NCBI GenBank assembly: GCA_036652795.1
Contig: JAVVVD010000004.1
Location: 46,842 to 110,841 of the forward strand
Source: Clostridia bacterium
GTDB taxonomy: Bacteria > Bacillota > Clostridia > Christensenellales > CAG-138
Reading direction: 5' to 3'
DNA length: 64,000 bases
The position numbers were made by a program, and so were the translations under genes. Each line of letters starts with the position of its first letter. The first letter of the stretch is position 1. Shown one piece after another: positions 1-9,683 of this stretch. The notes beneath the pieces are model-generated. The model had not been told where the DNA came from. It ran no database searches and saw nothing but the letters and a program-made list of their open reading frames with translations.

Positions 1-1
1 T

Positions 2-508
2 ATCGTTATTGATATGCAGATGGACTTTGTAACCGGCTCGCTAGGCAGTGCGGACGCCGCCGCAATACTGCCTGGCGTATCCGCTAAGGTAAACGAAGCC
101 CATGCCCAAAACACGCCTGTGATATTTACTCGTGACACGCACCCCGAAAATTACCTTCAAACCTTTGAGGGCGCCCACCTACCAATTACACACTGCGTTG
201 CCGGAACGCCGGGGCATGCAATAGTGCCACAGCTTAACGTGACCGCTGCCGATATAATAATCGACAAGCCCACCTTTGGCTCAACCGAGCTTGCCGAACG
301 GCTGCATGGGCTGATAACACAAGACACCGTAATAGAGCTGTGCGGGCTATGCACCGATATATGCGTTGTATCCAATGCTCTGCTGCTGCGCGCTCATTTC
401 CCGGGCAATGAAATTGTGGTGGATTCTGCCGCCTGCGCTGGGGTCACCCAGCAGAGCCACAATGCGGCGCTTACCACAATGCGAATGTGCCAGATTACAG
501 TAAACTGA
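2..508 (+). CDS. Isochorismatase-family cysteine hydrolase (nicotinamidase-like); 5' end cut by window edge
   Basis: In frame from nt 2 the protein reads IVIDMQMDF, the classic N-terminal motif of isochorismatase/PncA hydrolases. Catalytic-Cys context ELCGLCTDICV lies near the C-terminus. ORF track 14..508. Confidence 0.8.
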   Translation: MVIDMQMDFVTGSLGSADAAAILPGVSAKVNEAHAQNTPVIFTRDTHPENYLQTFEGAHLPITHCVAGTPGHAIVPQLNVTAADIIIDKPTFGSTELAERLHGLITQDTVIELCGLCTDICVVSNALLLRAHFPGNEIVVDSAACAGVTQQSHNAALTTMRMCQITVN

Positions 509-648
509 CTTTTTCTTCAAGCACAATCAACACGCTGCTTTATGATGCAACACTTAAGCGGTAACCACAGCTCTGTGATTACCGCTTTAAAAAGCACTCT
601 TATCAACACCACCTCAGCCTATATCAGGCCCTTCAGGTGTATGCGATG

Positions 649-1068
649 CTACTTGGCAGACGTATATACCAGCACACCCAGCGTTCCACCAAAATCGATT
701 GATAGTTTGTCGTTTTCCAACGTATACGGCAGAGTGGCGGAGACGTCGCCCGTGTCGGATATTACCCTAAGCTCTGAGTCTGTAGCTATAATATCCATCG
801 ATGCACGGCTACCTGCGATATCATTTACCTCCGTTAGCGTGCCTGATTTTGCGTCAAATGTAAGCACAAAGTTGGAATCATACATATCCACCCAGCTGTG
901 CGCCGCCAGCAATTCTATCGGCGTAGGCTGGGTTATAACCGGTTCAACGGTAGATGAGACCACTGTGGTAGCTTCAGGTTGTGGCGCTGGCATTGCCGCG
1001 CAGCCACACATTAGCACAAATATAAGCACACTCAGAACTAGCGCTATTACAGCCACGGCCAGCTTCAT
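649..1068 (-). CDS. Small secreted or lipoprotein-like protein (139 aa), function unknown
   Basis: Hydrophobic N-terminus MKLAVAVIALVLSVLIFVLMCGCAA with a lipobox-like Cys. Its start overlaps the serS stop by 4 nt. Confidence 0.55.
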   Translation of the reverse strand: MKLAVAVIALVLSVLIFVLMCGCAAMPAPQPEATTVVSSTVEPVITQPTPIELLAAHSWVDMYDSNFVLTFDAKSGTLTEVNDIAGSRASMDIIATDSELRVISDTGDVSATLPYTLENDKLSIDFGGTLGVLVYTSAK

Positions 1069-2345
1069 TTTATGTACTCCTTGCCGCCCATATACATCCT
1101 CAGCGGTGCAGGTATACGCACGCTGCCGTCTGTCGTAAGGTTATTTTCCAAGAAGGCTATCAGCATCCGCGGCGGCGCAACCACGGTGTTGTTGAGCGTA
1201 TGCGCAAAATAGTTGCCCGTTTCCTTGTTACGCACACGGATTCCCAGTCTGCGCGCCTGCGCATCTCCAAGGTTGCTGCAACTGCCTACCTCGAAATACT
1301 TCTTTTGCCGCGGCGACCACGCCTCAACATCTATACTCCTAACCTTAAGGTCAGCAAGGTCGCCCGAGCAGCACTCCAGCGTGCGCACCGGAATATCCAA
1401 AGAGCGGAAAAATGCAACTGAGTGCTTCCAAAGCCTGTTGAACCAATCCGCGCTCTCCTCAGGTTTGCACACGATTATCATTTCTTGTTTTTCAAACTGA
1501 TGGATGCGGTATACTCCGCGCTCCTCTATGCCATGCGCACCCACTTCCTTGCGAAAGCATGGCGAATAGCTGGTGTATTTTTTAGGCAGCTCGCTTTCTT
1601 CTATGAAGGAATCGATGAATTTACCTATCATGGAATGCTCGCTTGTACCTATCAAATAAAGGTCTTCACCCTCTATTTTATACATCATATTTTGCATCTC
1701 ACTAAAGCTCATAACGCCATCCACCACGCCGGAGCGTATCATGTATGGTGGCACGCAATAGGTAAAGCCACGCTCAATCATAAAATCGCGCGCGTATGAC
1801 AGTATTGCGCTGTGCAGCCGCGCGATATCGCCGCAAAGATAGTAAAAGCCATTGCCGCTTATGTTTCGCGCACCATCAAGATCAATTCCGTTCATGCGCT
1901 CCATTATGTCCACATGGTACGGCACCTCAAAATCAGGCACCACCGGATCGCCAAAGCGCTCAAGCTCCACATTCTGCGAATCATCACGGCCTATAGGCAC
2001 TACCGGATCGATTATATTAGGTATTACCATCATGCGCTTTTTTATCTCGTCGTCAAGCTCGCCCACGCGTGCGGTAAGCGCCGCCATCTCGTCTGCCATG
2101 GACGTAACCAGCCGCTTTGATTCCTCGGCCTCGTCACGCTTACCCTGACCCATCAGCGCGCCTATCTGCTTGCTGATAACGTTACGCTTATTGCGCAGCT
2201 CGTCGTTTCTGGTTTGAGCCTCACGCTTTTGTTTGTCGAGTTCTAGCACCTCACCGACCAGTGGAAGCTTTTCATCCTGAAACTTCTTTTTTATATTTTC
2301 CCGCACCTGTTGGGCATTTGTGCGGATGAACTTAATATCCAGCAT
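1065..2345 (-). CDS. serS: Seryl-tRNA synthetase
   Basis: 426 aa. N-terminal coiled-coil arm (MLDIKFIRTN...) and class II core motifs (CFRKEVGAHG, RIHQFEKQE, HTLNNT...LENN). Confidence 0.95.
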   Translation of the reverse strand: MLDIKFIRTNAQQVRENIKKKFQDEKLPLVGEVLELDKQKREAQTRNDELRNKRNVISKQIGALMGQGKRDEAEESKRLVTSMADEMAALTARVGELDDEIKKRMMVIPNIIDPVVPIGRDDSQNVELERFGDPVVPDFEVPYHVDIMERMNGIDLDGARNISGNGFYYLCGDIARLHSAILSYARDFMIERGFTYCVPPYMIRSGVVDGVMSFSEMQNMMYKIEGEDLYLIGTSEHSMIGKFIDSFIEESELPKKYTSYSPCFRKEVGAHGIEERGVYRIHQFEKQEMIIVCKPEESADWFNRLWKHSVAFFRSLDIPVRTLECCSGDLADLKVRSIDVEAWSPRQKKYFEVGSCSNLGDAQARRLGIRVRNKETGNYFAHTLNNTVVAPPRMLIAFLENNLTTDGSVRIPAPLRMYMGGKEYIK

Positions 2346-2383
2346 ATTCTAATCCTCCGAAAAAGCTGATCCAGCAGTTTAAA

Positions 2384-4075
2384 TCACATGCGCTCTGGTG
2401 CTTTAAGGCCCACCAAATACAAGCCTGTGGCTATAACCTTGCGCGCTGCATCCGTGATAGCCAATCGTGCATTGCGAATGGCCGCATCATCATCCATTAT
2501 GCGGTTATCGTAATAGAACCTATTAAACGTGGCACAAATATCTATTGTGGCTCTGGCAACAATATACGGCTCATTCTTGGATGCGGCGGTCTGTATGGCA
2601 TCTGGGAATACCGCAATTGTCTTTACCAGTGCAGCCACAGCCGGATCGTCCAGTTTGCTATAATCTACGGCGTTAGCATCATATCCGCCAGCCTTATTGA
2701 GCACGGAGCAGCATCGCGCATGGGTATATTGTGCATATGGTCCTGTTTCGCCGTCAAAATTAAGTACCTTGCCCCATGAGAACGTTATGTCCTTTATGCG
2801 GGAATTGTACAACACTCCCCACACCACAGCTCCAACGCCCACCGCGCGCGCCGCGCTCTGTTTATCCTCAAGATCCGGACTTTTTTCTTTTATTATATCC
2901 AGCGTCTTATCTATTGCTGCCTTGAGCACATCCTCAAGGTATACAACATTGCCGTGACGGGTGGAAAGTGTTCCTTCCTCCATGGATACCATGCCGAAGT
3001 TGACATGCTCCATATCCTTCACCCAATCATCGCCCAACAGCTCCAACACCTTAAAGAATTGTTGAAAGTGCAGGTTCTGTTGATATGCCACAACATACAG
3101 CGATTTTACAAAATTGTATGTGGCCTTTCTGTATCTTGCTGCGGCAAGGTCGCGCGTAGCATACAGCGTAGCACCATCGCTGCGCAATATTATGCAGGGC
3201 GGCATACCATATTCCTCAAGCTCCACAAGCGTAGCGCCGTTATCCACCTTAAGAAGGCCCTTTGCGCCCAGCTCGTCTATTATTGGCTTCATCTTATCCT
3301 CGAAGAAGCTCTCGCCGGCATAGCTGTCAAAGTGTACGTCAAGCAGTTCGTATATCTGCATAACCTCCTTTAAGGAGATCTCTTTAAACCAATTGAACAG
3401 CTCCAGCGCATCCGGGTCGCCAAGTTCTATCTTCCGAAACCACGCGCGCGCCTCATCGTTGAGCGATTCATCCTTTTCGGCTTCTTCATGGAAGCGCACA
3501 TACAGCTTAACCAGCCCACGCACGGACTCCTTTTCGACCATTTCGCGGCTGCCCCATTTTTGATATGCCACTATCATCTTGCCAAACTGTGTTCCCCAGT
3601 CGCCAAGGTGGTTTATGGCAATGGTATTGTAGCCCAGGTATCCGTATATACGGCACAGCGAATTGCCAATCGCCGTGCTCGAAAGGTGTCCTATATGCAC
3701 AGGCTTAGCTATATTAATTGAAGAAAACTCGATGCATACATTTTTGTTTTCGCCCTGTTGTGTTGCGCCATAACGATCGGCCGAAAGCACAGCATCCAGC
3801 ACCGCCTTGGTATATTCATCCTTATTCGCAAAAAAATTAAGATAGCCGCCCGCCGCTTCTACACGGGCGATGCCACCAGGCAATTGCACCTCATCCTTTA
3901 GCTGCGCGGCTATTGCTGCCGGCGCTTTTTTAAGCGATTTTGCAAGGCGGAAGCAGGGGAATGCGTAATCACCCATCTCAGGATTGGGTGGTATTTCGAT
4001 ATAATCCACCAGCTCCGCCGCGGGAATTCCCGTCTGCGTGCCGATAGCGTTTGCCAGCTCGAGTTTATGATCCAT
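2384..4075 (-). CDS. argS: Arginyl-tRNA synthetase
   Basis: Class I motifs: HIGH-like PVHIGHL and KMSKS-like LSTRHG. I place the start at MDHKLELANAIG (ATG at 4075). The 69 codons upstream in the ORF track are AT-rich and low complexity, and they run into the divergent sortase promoter. Confidence 0.93.
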   Translation of the reverse strand: MDHKLELANAIGTQTGIPAAELVDYIEIPPNPEMGDYAFPCFRLAKSLKKAPAAIAAQLKDEVQLPGGIARVEAAGGYLNFFANKDEYTKAVLDAVLSADRYGATQQGENKNVCIEFSSINIAKPVHIGHLSSTAIGNSLCRIYGYLGYNTIAINHLGDWGTQFGKMIVAYQKWGSREMVEKESVRGLVKLYVRFHEEAEKDESLNDEARAWFRKIELGDPDALELFNWFKEISLKEVMQIYELLDVHFDSYAGESFFEDKMKPIIDELGAKGLLKVDNGATLVELEEYGMPPCIILRSDGATLYATRDLAAARYRKATYNFVKSLYVVAYQQNLHFQQFFKVLELLGDDWVKDMEHVNFGMVSMEEGTLSTRHGNVVYLEDVLKAAIDKTLDIIKEKSPDLEDKQSAARAVGVGAVVWGVLYNSRIKDITFSWGKVLNFDGETGPYAQYTHARCCSVLNKAGGYDANAVDYSKLDDPAVAALVKTIAVFPDAIQTAASKNEPYIVARATIDICATFNRFYYDNRIMDDDAAIRNARLAITDAARKVIATGLYLVGLKAPERM

Positions 4076-4171
4076 ATTTACTCTCCCATTACCATAATGA
4101 AAGGTAATTATATCACACAATATAAAAAATGTTAACTTGTTTGAGCCATAATTGTATGCTAAACTAGCGCT

Positions 4172-4849
4172 ATGGAAAATAATAATAGTGAAAAAAATAA
4201 AAAGAAAAAGGTTATAGATACACTCCTGCTCTCGGTAGCGGGCGTATTGCTGGTTGTCGGCGTTTTTTTGACGCTTCGCCAATATGTGTTTATTCCCGGC
4301 TCATACGTGCCGCCTCCCGCCGCCACGCTTCAGCCAACCCTTGCGCCCGTGCCTACCGCCACGCCGCAGCCTACCCCATTTGATATGCCATATCCAGCTG
4401 AGATGTATTTTACCGACCGCGAGGTAATGTGTGAAATGCAGCCCGTCGGCATAATCACAGAGGGCGATAAGGCCGGCAAGATGGATACACTGGATTCTCC
4501 TGAGCTTGCTGCGTGGTACGAACCAGGCCCCATACCGGGCGAGGCAGGCAATTCGCTTATTAACGGACACGTACGCTGGAAGGGCGTTGCGGGCACGTTT
4601 TCCGTGCTGCCTGATATGAAGGTCGGTGAAAAGGTCGTAATAGAATATGTAGACGGCTCCACCCGCAGCTTTACCACCCAGAGCATTGACTTTTATCCAT
4701 ACGACTCCGTACCCGCGCAAGCCCTTGAGCTTGACTTTGGCGGCAAACCGCGCATCACGCTTATCAGCTGCACCGGTACGTTTAACCACAGCGCCGGAAC
4801 CTCATCCGAGCGCGTGCTGGTAGTGTGTACGCTGGATGACGAAAACTAA
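4172..4849 (+). CDS. Sortase-family transpeptidase (class E/F-like), membrane anchored
   Basis: N-terminal TM LLLSVAGVLLVVGVFL, catalytic His context LINGHV, catalytic Cys context RITLISCTG, downstream Arg (SERVLV). Confidence 0.8.
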   Translation: MENNNSEKNKKKKVIDTLLLSVAGVLLVVGVFLTLRQYVFIPGSYVPPPAATLQPTLAPVPTATPQPTPFDMPYPAEMYFTDREVMCEMQPVGIITEGDKAGKMDTLDSPELAAWYEPGPIPGEAGNSLINGHVRWKGVAGTFSVLPDMKVGEKVVIEYVDGSTRSFTTQSIDFYPYDSVPAQALELDFGGKPRITLISCTGTFNHSAGTSSERVLVVCTLDDEN

Positions 4850-4986
4850 GAATTAATGCGTTAAAAGAGCCTTGCGGCTCTTTTTGCTTTGATTGTTAAC
4901 GTATTGTTACCAACACATATATTTACTTTTCAACATAAAAGTGGTATCGTAGCAGTCGGAAAAGTATATATCCAGTATGGAAAATT

Positions 4987-6534
4987 ATGAATACGAAAGT
5001 GAGACAAGCACACATGGAAACGGATATCAACCTCTTTGAGGAAAATAAAACCAACGATGCTTCTAAGCTGCGCGAAGATAGAAAGCGCAAAAAGAAAAAG
5101 AAGAAAAACGGCATCACAGCATTGATAATAGTAGTAGTCGTATTGCTGGCGCTTGGCGCGGCATACTATTTCTTCCTTGGTGATATGCTGAATGAATATC
5201 TTACCAATAGTCAGATTGCAAAGCTATCCCAGATGGACTCATTTGAAAGCGTGGATCAGTATGCCGTTAAGGTAAACGATGTGCGTGCCAAGTACGAAGC
5301 GCTCAATGAGGAAGTCAAGGCCAAAATCGATGTTGCAGCGCTTACTGATGCTGAAACTCGCAGCGCCACACTTCAAGAGCTTTACACTACAGTAGCTGCA
5401 CTTCCCCAGCAGGGTGTTACAGTACCCGAATATCCCGCCGCGCTTGCAATGGCTACGGCGGCACGCAGCGTAATCGACACACTCTCCCCCGCAGAGCAAT
5501 CGCTTGTTGGGGTTGAAGCGCTTACACGCGCTGAGGCACTGCTTGCCCAGTGCCGCGCCGATAATGAACCCGTTATAGTATTAAATGAGGATATCGCTGC
5601 CTTTGCCGTAGCTGAGGATATCACAAAGGTCAGTCTCGATGCCGAAATCGCGCAATACAGTGCGTTGGCTGCACGAGCACAGCAGCCCGGCAGCGCAAGC
5701 CCCGACATCGATACCACTGGACTGCTTGCTAAAAAGCAGTTGCTGGATACTAAGATATCCACCTATGCACAAATGTTGAACGATGACATGACCGAGCTTA
5801 ACGGCTATTCGACCGTTATGACAACGCAGCTTGACAATATTGAAAAGGCGATAGCGGCGGCCAAGAAATCCGGCTCCAAAACCACCTTCGACACAAACGC
5901 CATCAGCGGCTATATGGATCAGCTCACCACCGGCATTGATAACATGCTGGCATTCACCCAGAACTCCTTCATGATTGGCGAGCTTGCAACAGACGCAAGC
6001 GTGCTTAACGGCCAGTTGGAAACCGCAAAGACCAAATATACAACCGGCTTCTCCTATCTCAAGGATAACACCATTGATAAGGATTCCGAGCTTAAAACCC
6101 TGCAAACCTACTTTAAAGAAGCTAAGGACGCCCTTACCACCTGCATTACATCCATTACCGGTGTTAGCCAGAGCGCCAACGATCTGCTCAACGGCTATCT
6201 CAGCTTTACAGACGGCGGCGGCACCTCCATGCCTGGCGACCAAACCCCACCTGTAGATCCGACCGCTCCTGTAGATCCGACCGCTCCTGTAGATCCCGCA
6301 GCCCCTGATGCGCCTAGTGCGCCGGTAACTGATGGCCAAGCCGGTTACGTCAGCGCGGATGACGTTAATATGCGCAGCGAGCCCAACTCTGATTCCGAAG
6401 CGCTTGGCAAGCAAAAGCTTAATACCGCCCTTATAATACTTGAGGAAAAGAATGGCTGGTATCGTGTTAAGATAGGCGATAAGGAAGGCTTTATCCGCAG
6501 TGACTTTGTAGCTAAGGGTAACCCTCCCGCATAA
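4987..6534 (+). CDS. Membrane-anchored protein with a long helical region, PVDPTA repeats and a C-terminal SH3b domain
   Basis: Lys-rich N-terminus (KRKKKKKKNG), one TM, C-terminal GYVSADDVNMRSEPN...GWYRVKIGDKEGFIRSDFV typical of bacterial SH3. Start could instead be the ATG at 5014. Confidence 0.7.
   Translation: MNTKVRQAHMETDINLFEENKTNDASKLREDRKRKKKKKKNGITALIIVVVVLLALGAAYYFFLGDMLNEYLTNSQIAKLSQMDSFESVDQYAVKVNDVRAKYEALNEEVKAKIDVAALTDAETRSATLQELYTTVAALPQQGVTVPEYPAALAMATAARSVIDTLSPAEQSLVGVEALTRAEALLAQCRADNEPVIVLNEDIAAFAVAEDITKVSLDAEIAQYSALAARAQQPGSASPDIDTTGLLAKKQLLDTKISTYAQMLNDDMTELNGYSTVMTTQLDNIEKAIAAAKKSGSKTTFDTNAISGYMDQLTTGIDNMLAFTQNSFMIGELATDASVLNGQLETAKTKYTTGFSYLKDNTIDKDSELKTLQTYFKEAKDALTTCITSITGVSQSANDLLNGYLSFTDGGGTSMPGDQTPPVDPTAPVDPTAPVDPAAPDAPSAPVTDGQAGYVSADDVNMRSEPNSDSEALGKQKLNTALIILEEKNGWYRVKIGDKEGFIRSDFVAKGNPPA
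6250..6303 (+). repeat. Three tandem 18-nt units (cctgtagatccgaccgct) encoding PVDPTA
   Basis: Units 1 and 2 are identical and unit 3 has diverged. Read directly at 6250-6267, 6268-6285 and 6286-6303. Confidence 0.9.
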
Positions 6535-6589
6535 ACTATACAAGGCACGTTAGCCCTTGCGCGAGCCACCTAACATAACGATATTAATT

Positions 6590-6621
6590 AAGCCACAGGA
6601 TACTTCAGTATCCTGTGGCTT
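6590..6621. terminator. 14-bp stem hairpin between convergent genes
   Basis: AAGCCACAGGATAC-TTCA-GTATCCTGTGGCTT. Flanks are AT-rich but there is no long T-run. Confidence 0.6.
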
Positions 6622-6673
6622 CTAATTATCCAGCTATTGATGTTTGGAATATGCCGATATATCGGTTTGATTC

Positions 6674-8065
6674 TCAATTGGTTTTCTCAATCTCCTCAGC
6701 ATAGGCGCTCGCATCTATTACAGCCTTTGCATCCTTGGATAGATAATGGCGCATATAGCTTTTGTCTTGCTCCACCATATATCCGCGCGCATCTGCGCGA
6801 GCTATAATGCTATTTGCCACCACCGCATCGATGTTTATGGCATTTAGCACCAGGTACCACACAATAAGTATGCATGCGCAGGCTCTAAGCAGGCACAGCC
6901 GCTTAACAAACAGTTTTACACTGCACAGCAGCACCGCCGCCGTAAGGAACATCATAAACCACATTGGCAATATCCTTGCAAATGTAAGCCCATATGCGCC
7001 AATGTACATCGATAGGCGCATTATGCCGCTATATAGCACCACCAGTGTTGCCGCAAGCAGTGCCAGCAGCAGCGGCTTTAGTGCACGGTGCTGCTTACAC
7101 AGTGACACAGTAAACGCAAACACACCAAGGTTGATAGCCGCAACAAATAGCAGCTGCGTAAAGCCGCTTACGGCGTATTCAGAATATGTAAGGTCTAGAG
7201 GTAACCCCTTTATGCCCGTAAGATAAGCAAACTGAAAATATGCAAACACCGCATATACCACCAGCAGCAGAGATATCACTACTATCATGCTGGCAGCCTC
7301 AACATTCCGTTGCGCCTCACCCTCTTTGATCTGCGTTGGCTTATAAACGGTAGTGAATATGAATGAATAGAACAGCACCGCCACTGCAAGCCCGATTAAT
7401 GTGCGGCTTATAATAAGTCCCACTGAAATTCCGGCAAGCAGCTGCTTACCATAATAGCCCATTACAGAGTCGGCATTCATTAGCAGCGACGCCACCACCA
7501 CTACCACCGGTATGCCAAAAAGCAAACCAAGCAGCGCGGCACGTTTGGTAGGATTGCCGTCTTTTTTAAAAAGTGTGCCTAGTGCAGTAAAAAAGCGGCC
7601 GATATTCATGAACGGATACGCAAACCAACCCATAAAATATGGCCGTATATATTTGCCCTCCTGCCCCTTCTTTACATCGCGTGTAACCAGCACAGAGTGC
7701 AACATGAGCAGCATTGGAATTGCCAGATAATTAAGTGCGCCTATTGATTCGGATTTATAGAACGCATAGTGTACAAATAGCAGCGCAGCAGCGCCCAGCA
7801 CAAGCCACGCGTCAACATTACCTTTTGCACGCTGCCACGTCATCACATAAAAACCCGCAACATACAATCCCCAAAATAGCGCGTACGCAGGCGCCCAGCT
7901 CACCCACCCATCGCCTTTATCCATCGCCGTCACAATAACCAACGCGAATACCGTACCCAGCACGGCGCATATGAGCACAAGCCAGCGCGTAAGCGGCGTA
8001 TTTGCAATCATCTGCCTGACCTTATCCTCAGGCTCCTTTACAGATTGTGATGTATAATTTTCCAT
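6674..8065 (-). CDS. Polytopic membrane protein (DUF4153/DUF4173-like), function unknown
   Basis: More than 10 hydrophobic segments. Start placed at MENYTSQS (ATG 8065). The family name is from memory and is weak. Confidence 0.6.
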   Translation of the reverse strand: MENYTSQSVKEPEDKVRQMIANTPLTRWLVLICAVLGTVFALVIVTAMDKGDGWVSWAPAYALFWGLYVAGFYVMTWQRAKGNVDAWLVLGAAALLFVHYAFYKSESIGALNYLAIPMLLMLHSVLVTRDVKKGQEGKYIRPYFMGWFAYPFMNIGRFFTALGTLFKKDGNPTKRAALLGLLFGIPVVVVVASLLMNADSVMGYYGKQLLAGISVGLIISRTLIGLAVAVLFYSFIFTTVYKPTQIKEGEAQRNVEAASMIVVISLLLVVYAVFAYFQFAYLTGIKGLPLDLTYSEYAVSGFTQLLFVAAINLGVFAFTVSLCKQHRALKPLLLALLAATLVVLYSGIMRLSMYIGAYGLTFARILPMWFMMFLTAAVLLCSVKLFVKRLCLLRACACILIVWYLVLNAINIDAVVANSIIARADARGYMVEQDKSYMRHYLSKDAKAVIDASAYAEEIEKTN

Positions 8066-8189
8066 AAAAACCGTCTCCTTCCACCTTTGCCTTATCCTAT
8101 ATAATACCATTATACTGGTGGAAAAAGATTACATGCATTTAATGAATTATTGAACAAATCTTGAATTATTCACCGTATGCGCTCAAGCG

Positions 8190-9575
8190 TTACACAAGCG
8201 AACGCAGCCAATATTTGCTCCTTAGGCGCGTAGTAGTCATTATCATCCTTACTACATTGTTTGGAAATACGCATAAAAATACAATATCCAGCGGCAGCTT
8301 AAAATACAATCCAGCTACCGCCGTGATTGGCAGCGCCAGCAACCAAAGCGGTATAAGGTCTATCCATGCGGCAGCACGCGTATCCCCGCCACTGCGCAAT
8401 ATACCACAGACAATGGTGAAGTTCACCGCATAAATCGGCATGAAGAATCCCATTACGAATATTGTGCGCGCGGATAACGCCTGCACATGCATGGAGGTGT
8501 TCTGATACATCAGCGGCATAAGCGTGCCCACAGTGCTGCATATAACGCCAAATATAATGCCTACCATCACAGACAATACGACATACCGCTTACCATATAG
8601 ATACGCCCTGTCCGGATCGCCTTCGCCCAGCGTATTGCCCAGCACAACTGCCGCAGCGCTGCCTACGCCCATAAGTCCAACCATTGTAAGCTTGTCAACC
8701 GTGTTAACGATCATCATGGCAGCAAATGTATCAGTGCCCATCCTGCCGTATATATAGTTTATCACCAACATGCCTATCGCCCACAGCGCATCGTTGAGGA
8801 ACGCCGGCATACTGATTGAGATAAATTCCTTTACACCATTCCATGTTTGAGCAAGCAGCTCGCGCAGCCTTGCTTTGGCCACTGTTTCTTTTATATAACT
8901 AAAAAACAGCAGCGCCCCCGCATCACAAGCAGAGCCGATAAGTGTGGCGTATGCCGCGCCCGCAACGCCAAGCTTGGGAAAGCCAAGGTTGCCGAATATG
9001 AAGCAATAGTTGAAAAATATATTTACGGATAGCGCAATCGCGCCGCTTATCATAGGCAGTTTTGCATTGCCGCTTGACTTATGTGCCATTCCGTAAGGAT
9101 AGATTATCGCTTTAAACAGATACCCTATGCAGGCAATCGAAAGGTATTCAACCCCGCTGTCTATCACTGCCGCTTCCGTACTATACAGCCCCACAATAAG
9201 GCGGCCAAATACGCTTGCGATTATCACAAACAGCACGCTAAAGCCCAGGCACAGTATAGTGGAAAGGCCCAGGGTGCTGCGCAATCCCTTCGTGTCGCCC
9301 TTGCCAAAGTATTGCGACATATATACGCCGCCGCCGCTCATTACACCAAAAAGTACGATATCCAGCAAATATGCCAGCTGGTTTGCCGCACCCACACCGG
9401 CAAGCTGTATATCGCCCAATCCGCCTATCATAACCGTATCCACCATATACATGGCAGTCGTGATAAGTTGTTGCAGCATTATGGGTATGCTGATTACGAG
9501 CATACGGCGCATAAACGGTTTATCGCGGAACATCTCGCCTATTAGGCTTTTTTTTGCAATATTCATGCAGTACAT
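8190..9575 (-). CDS. MATE family efflux transporter
   Basis: About 460 aa, 12-TM pattern, N-terminal IPIMLQQLITTAMYMVDTVMIG typical of MATE. Start is 9575 or 9566. Confidence 0.85.
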   Translation of the reverse strand: MYCMNIAKKSLIGEMFRDKPFMRRMLVISIPIMLQQLITTAMYMVDTVMIGGLGDIQLAGVGAANQLAYLLDIVLFGVMSGGGVYMSQYFGKGDTKGLRSTLGLSTILCLGFSVLFVIIASVFGRLIVGLYSTEAAVIDSGVEYLSIACIGYLFKAIIYPYGMAHKSSGNAKLPMISGAIALSVNIFFNYCFIFGNLGFPKLGVAGAAYATLIGSACDAGALLFFSYIKETVAKARLRELLAQTWNGVKEFISISMPAFLNDALWAIGMLVINYIYGRMGTDTFAAMMIVNTVDKLTMVGLMGVGSAAAVVLGNTLGEGDPDRAYLYGKRYVVLSVMVGIIFGVICSTVGTLMPLMYQNTSMHVQALSARTIFVMGFFMPIYAVNFTIVCGILRSGGDTRAAAWIDLIPLWLLALPITAVAGLYFKLPLDIVFLCVFPNNVVRMIMTTTRLRSKYWLRSLV

Positions 9576-9683
9576 AGTATCATCAGATATGCGGATAAAG
9601 CAACAGCCTTTAAAAAAATTCTTTCGCTGTGCCGCACGGCTATATTGACATTGATGAATTGCACACTCAACCAGCCTTGTTTT

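Noticed and set aside
4076-4282. N-terminal 69-codon extension of argS in the ORF track
   Set aside because: The extension is hydrophobic low-complexity sequence over the divergent promoter region. Conserved ArgS sequence begins at MDHKLELANAIG.
5581-6543. 320-aa minus-strand ORF
   Set aside because: It is antisense to the SH3b-domain gene, which has a TM, repeats and a clear SH3b motif. It has no motifs of its own.
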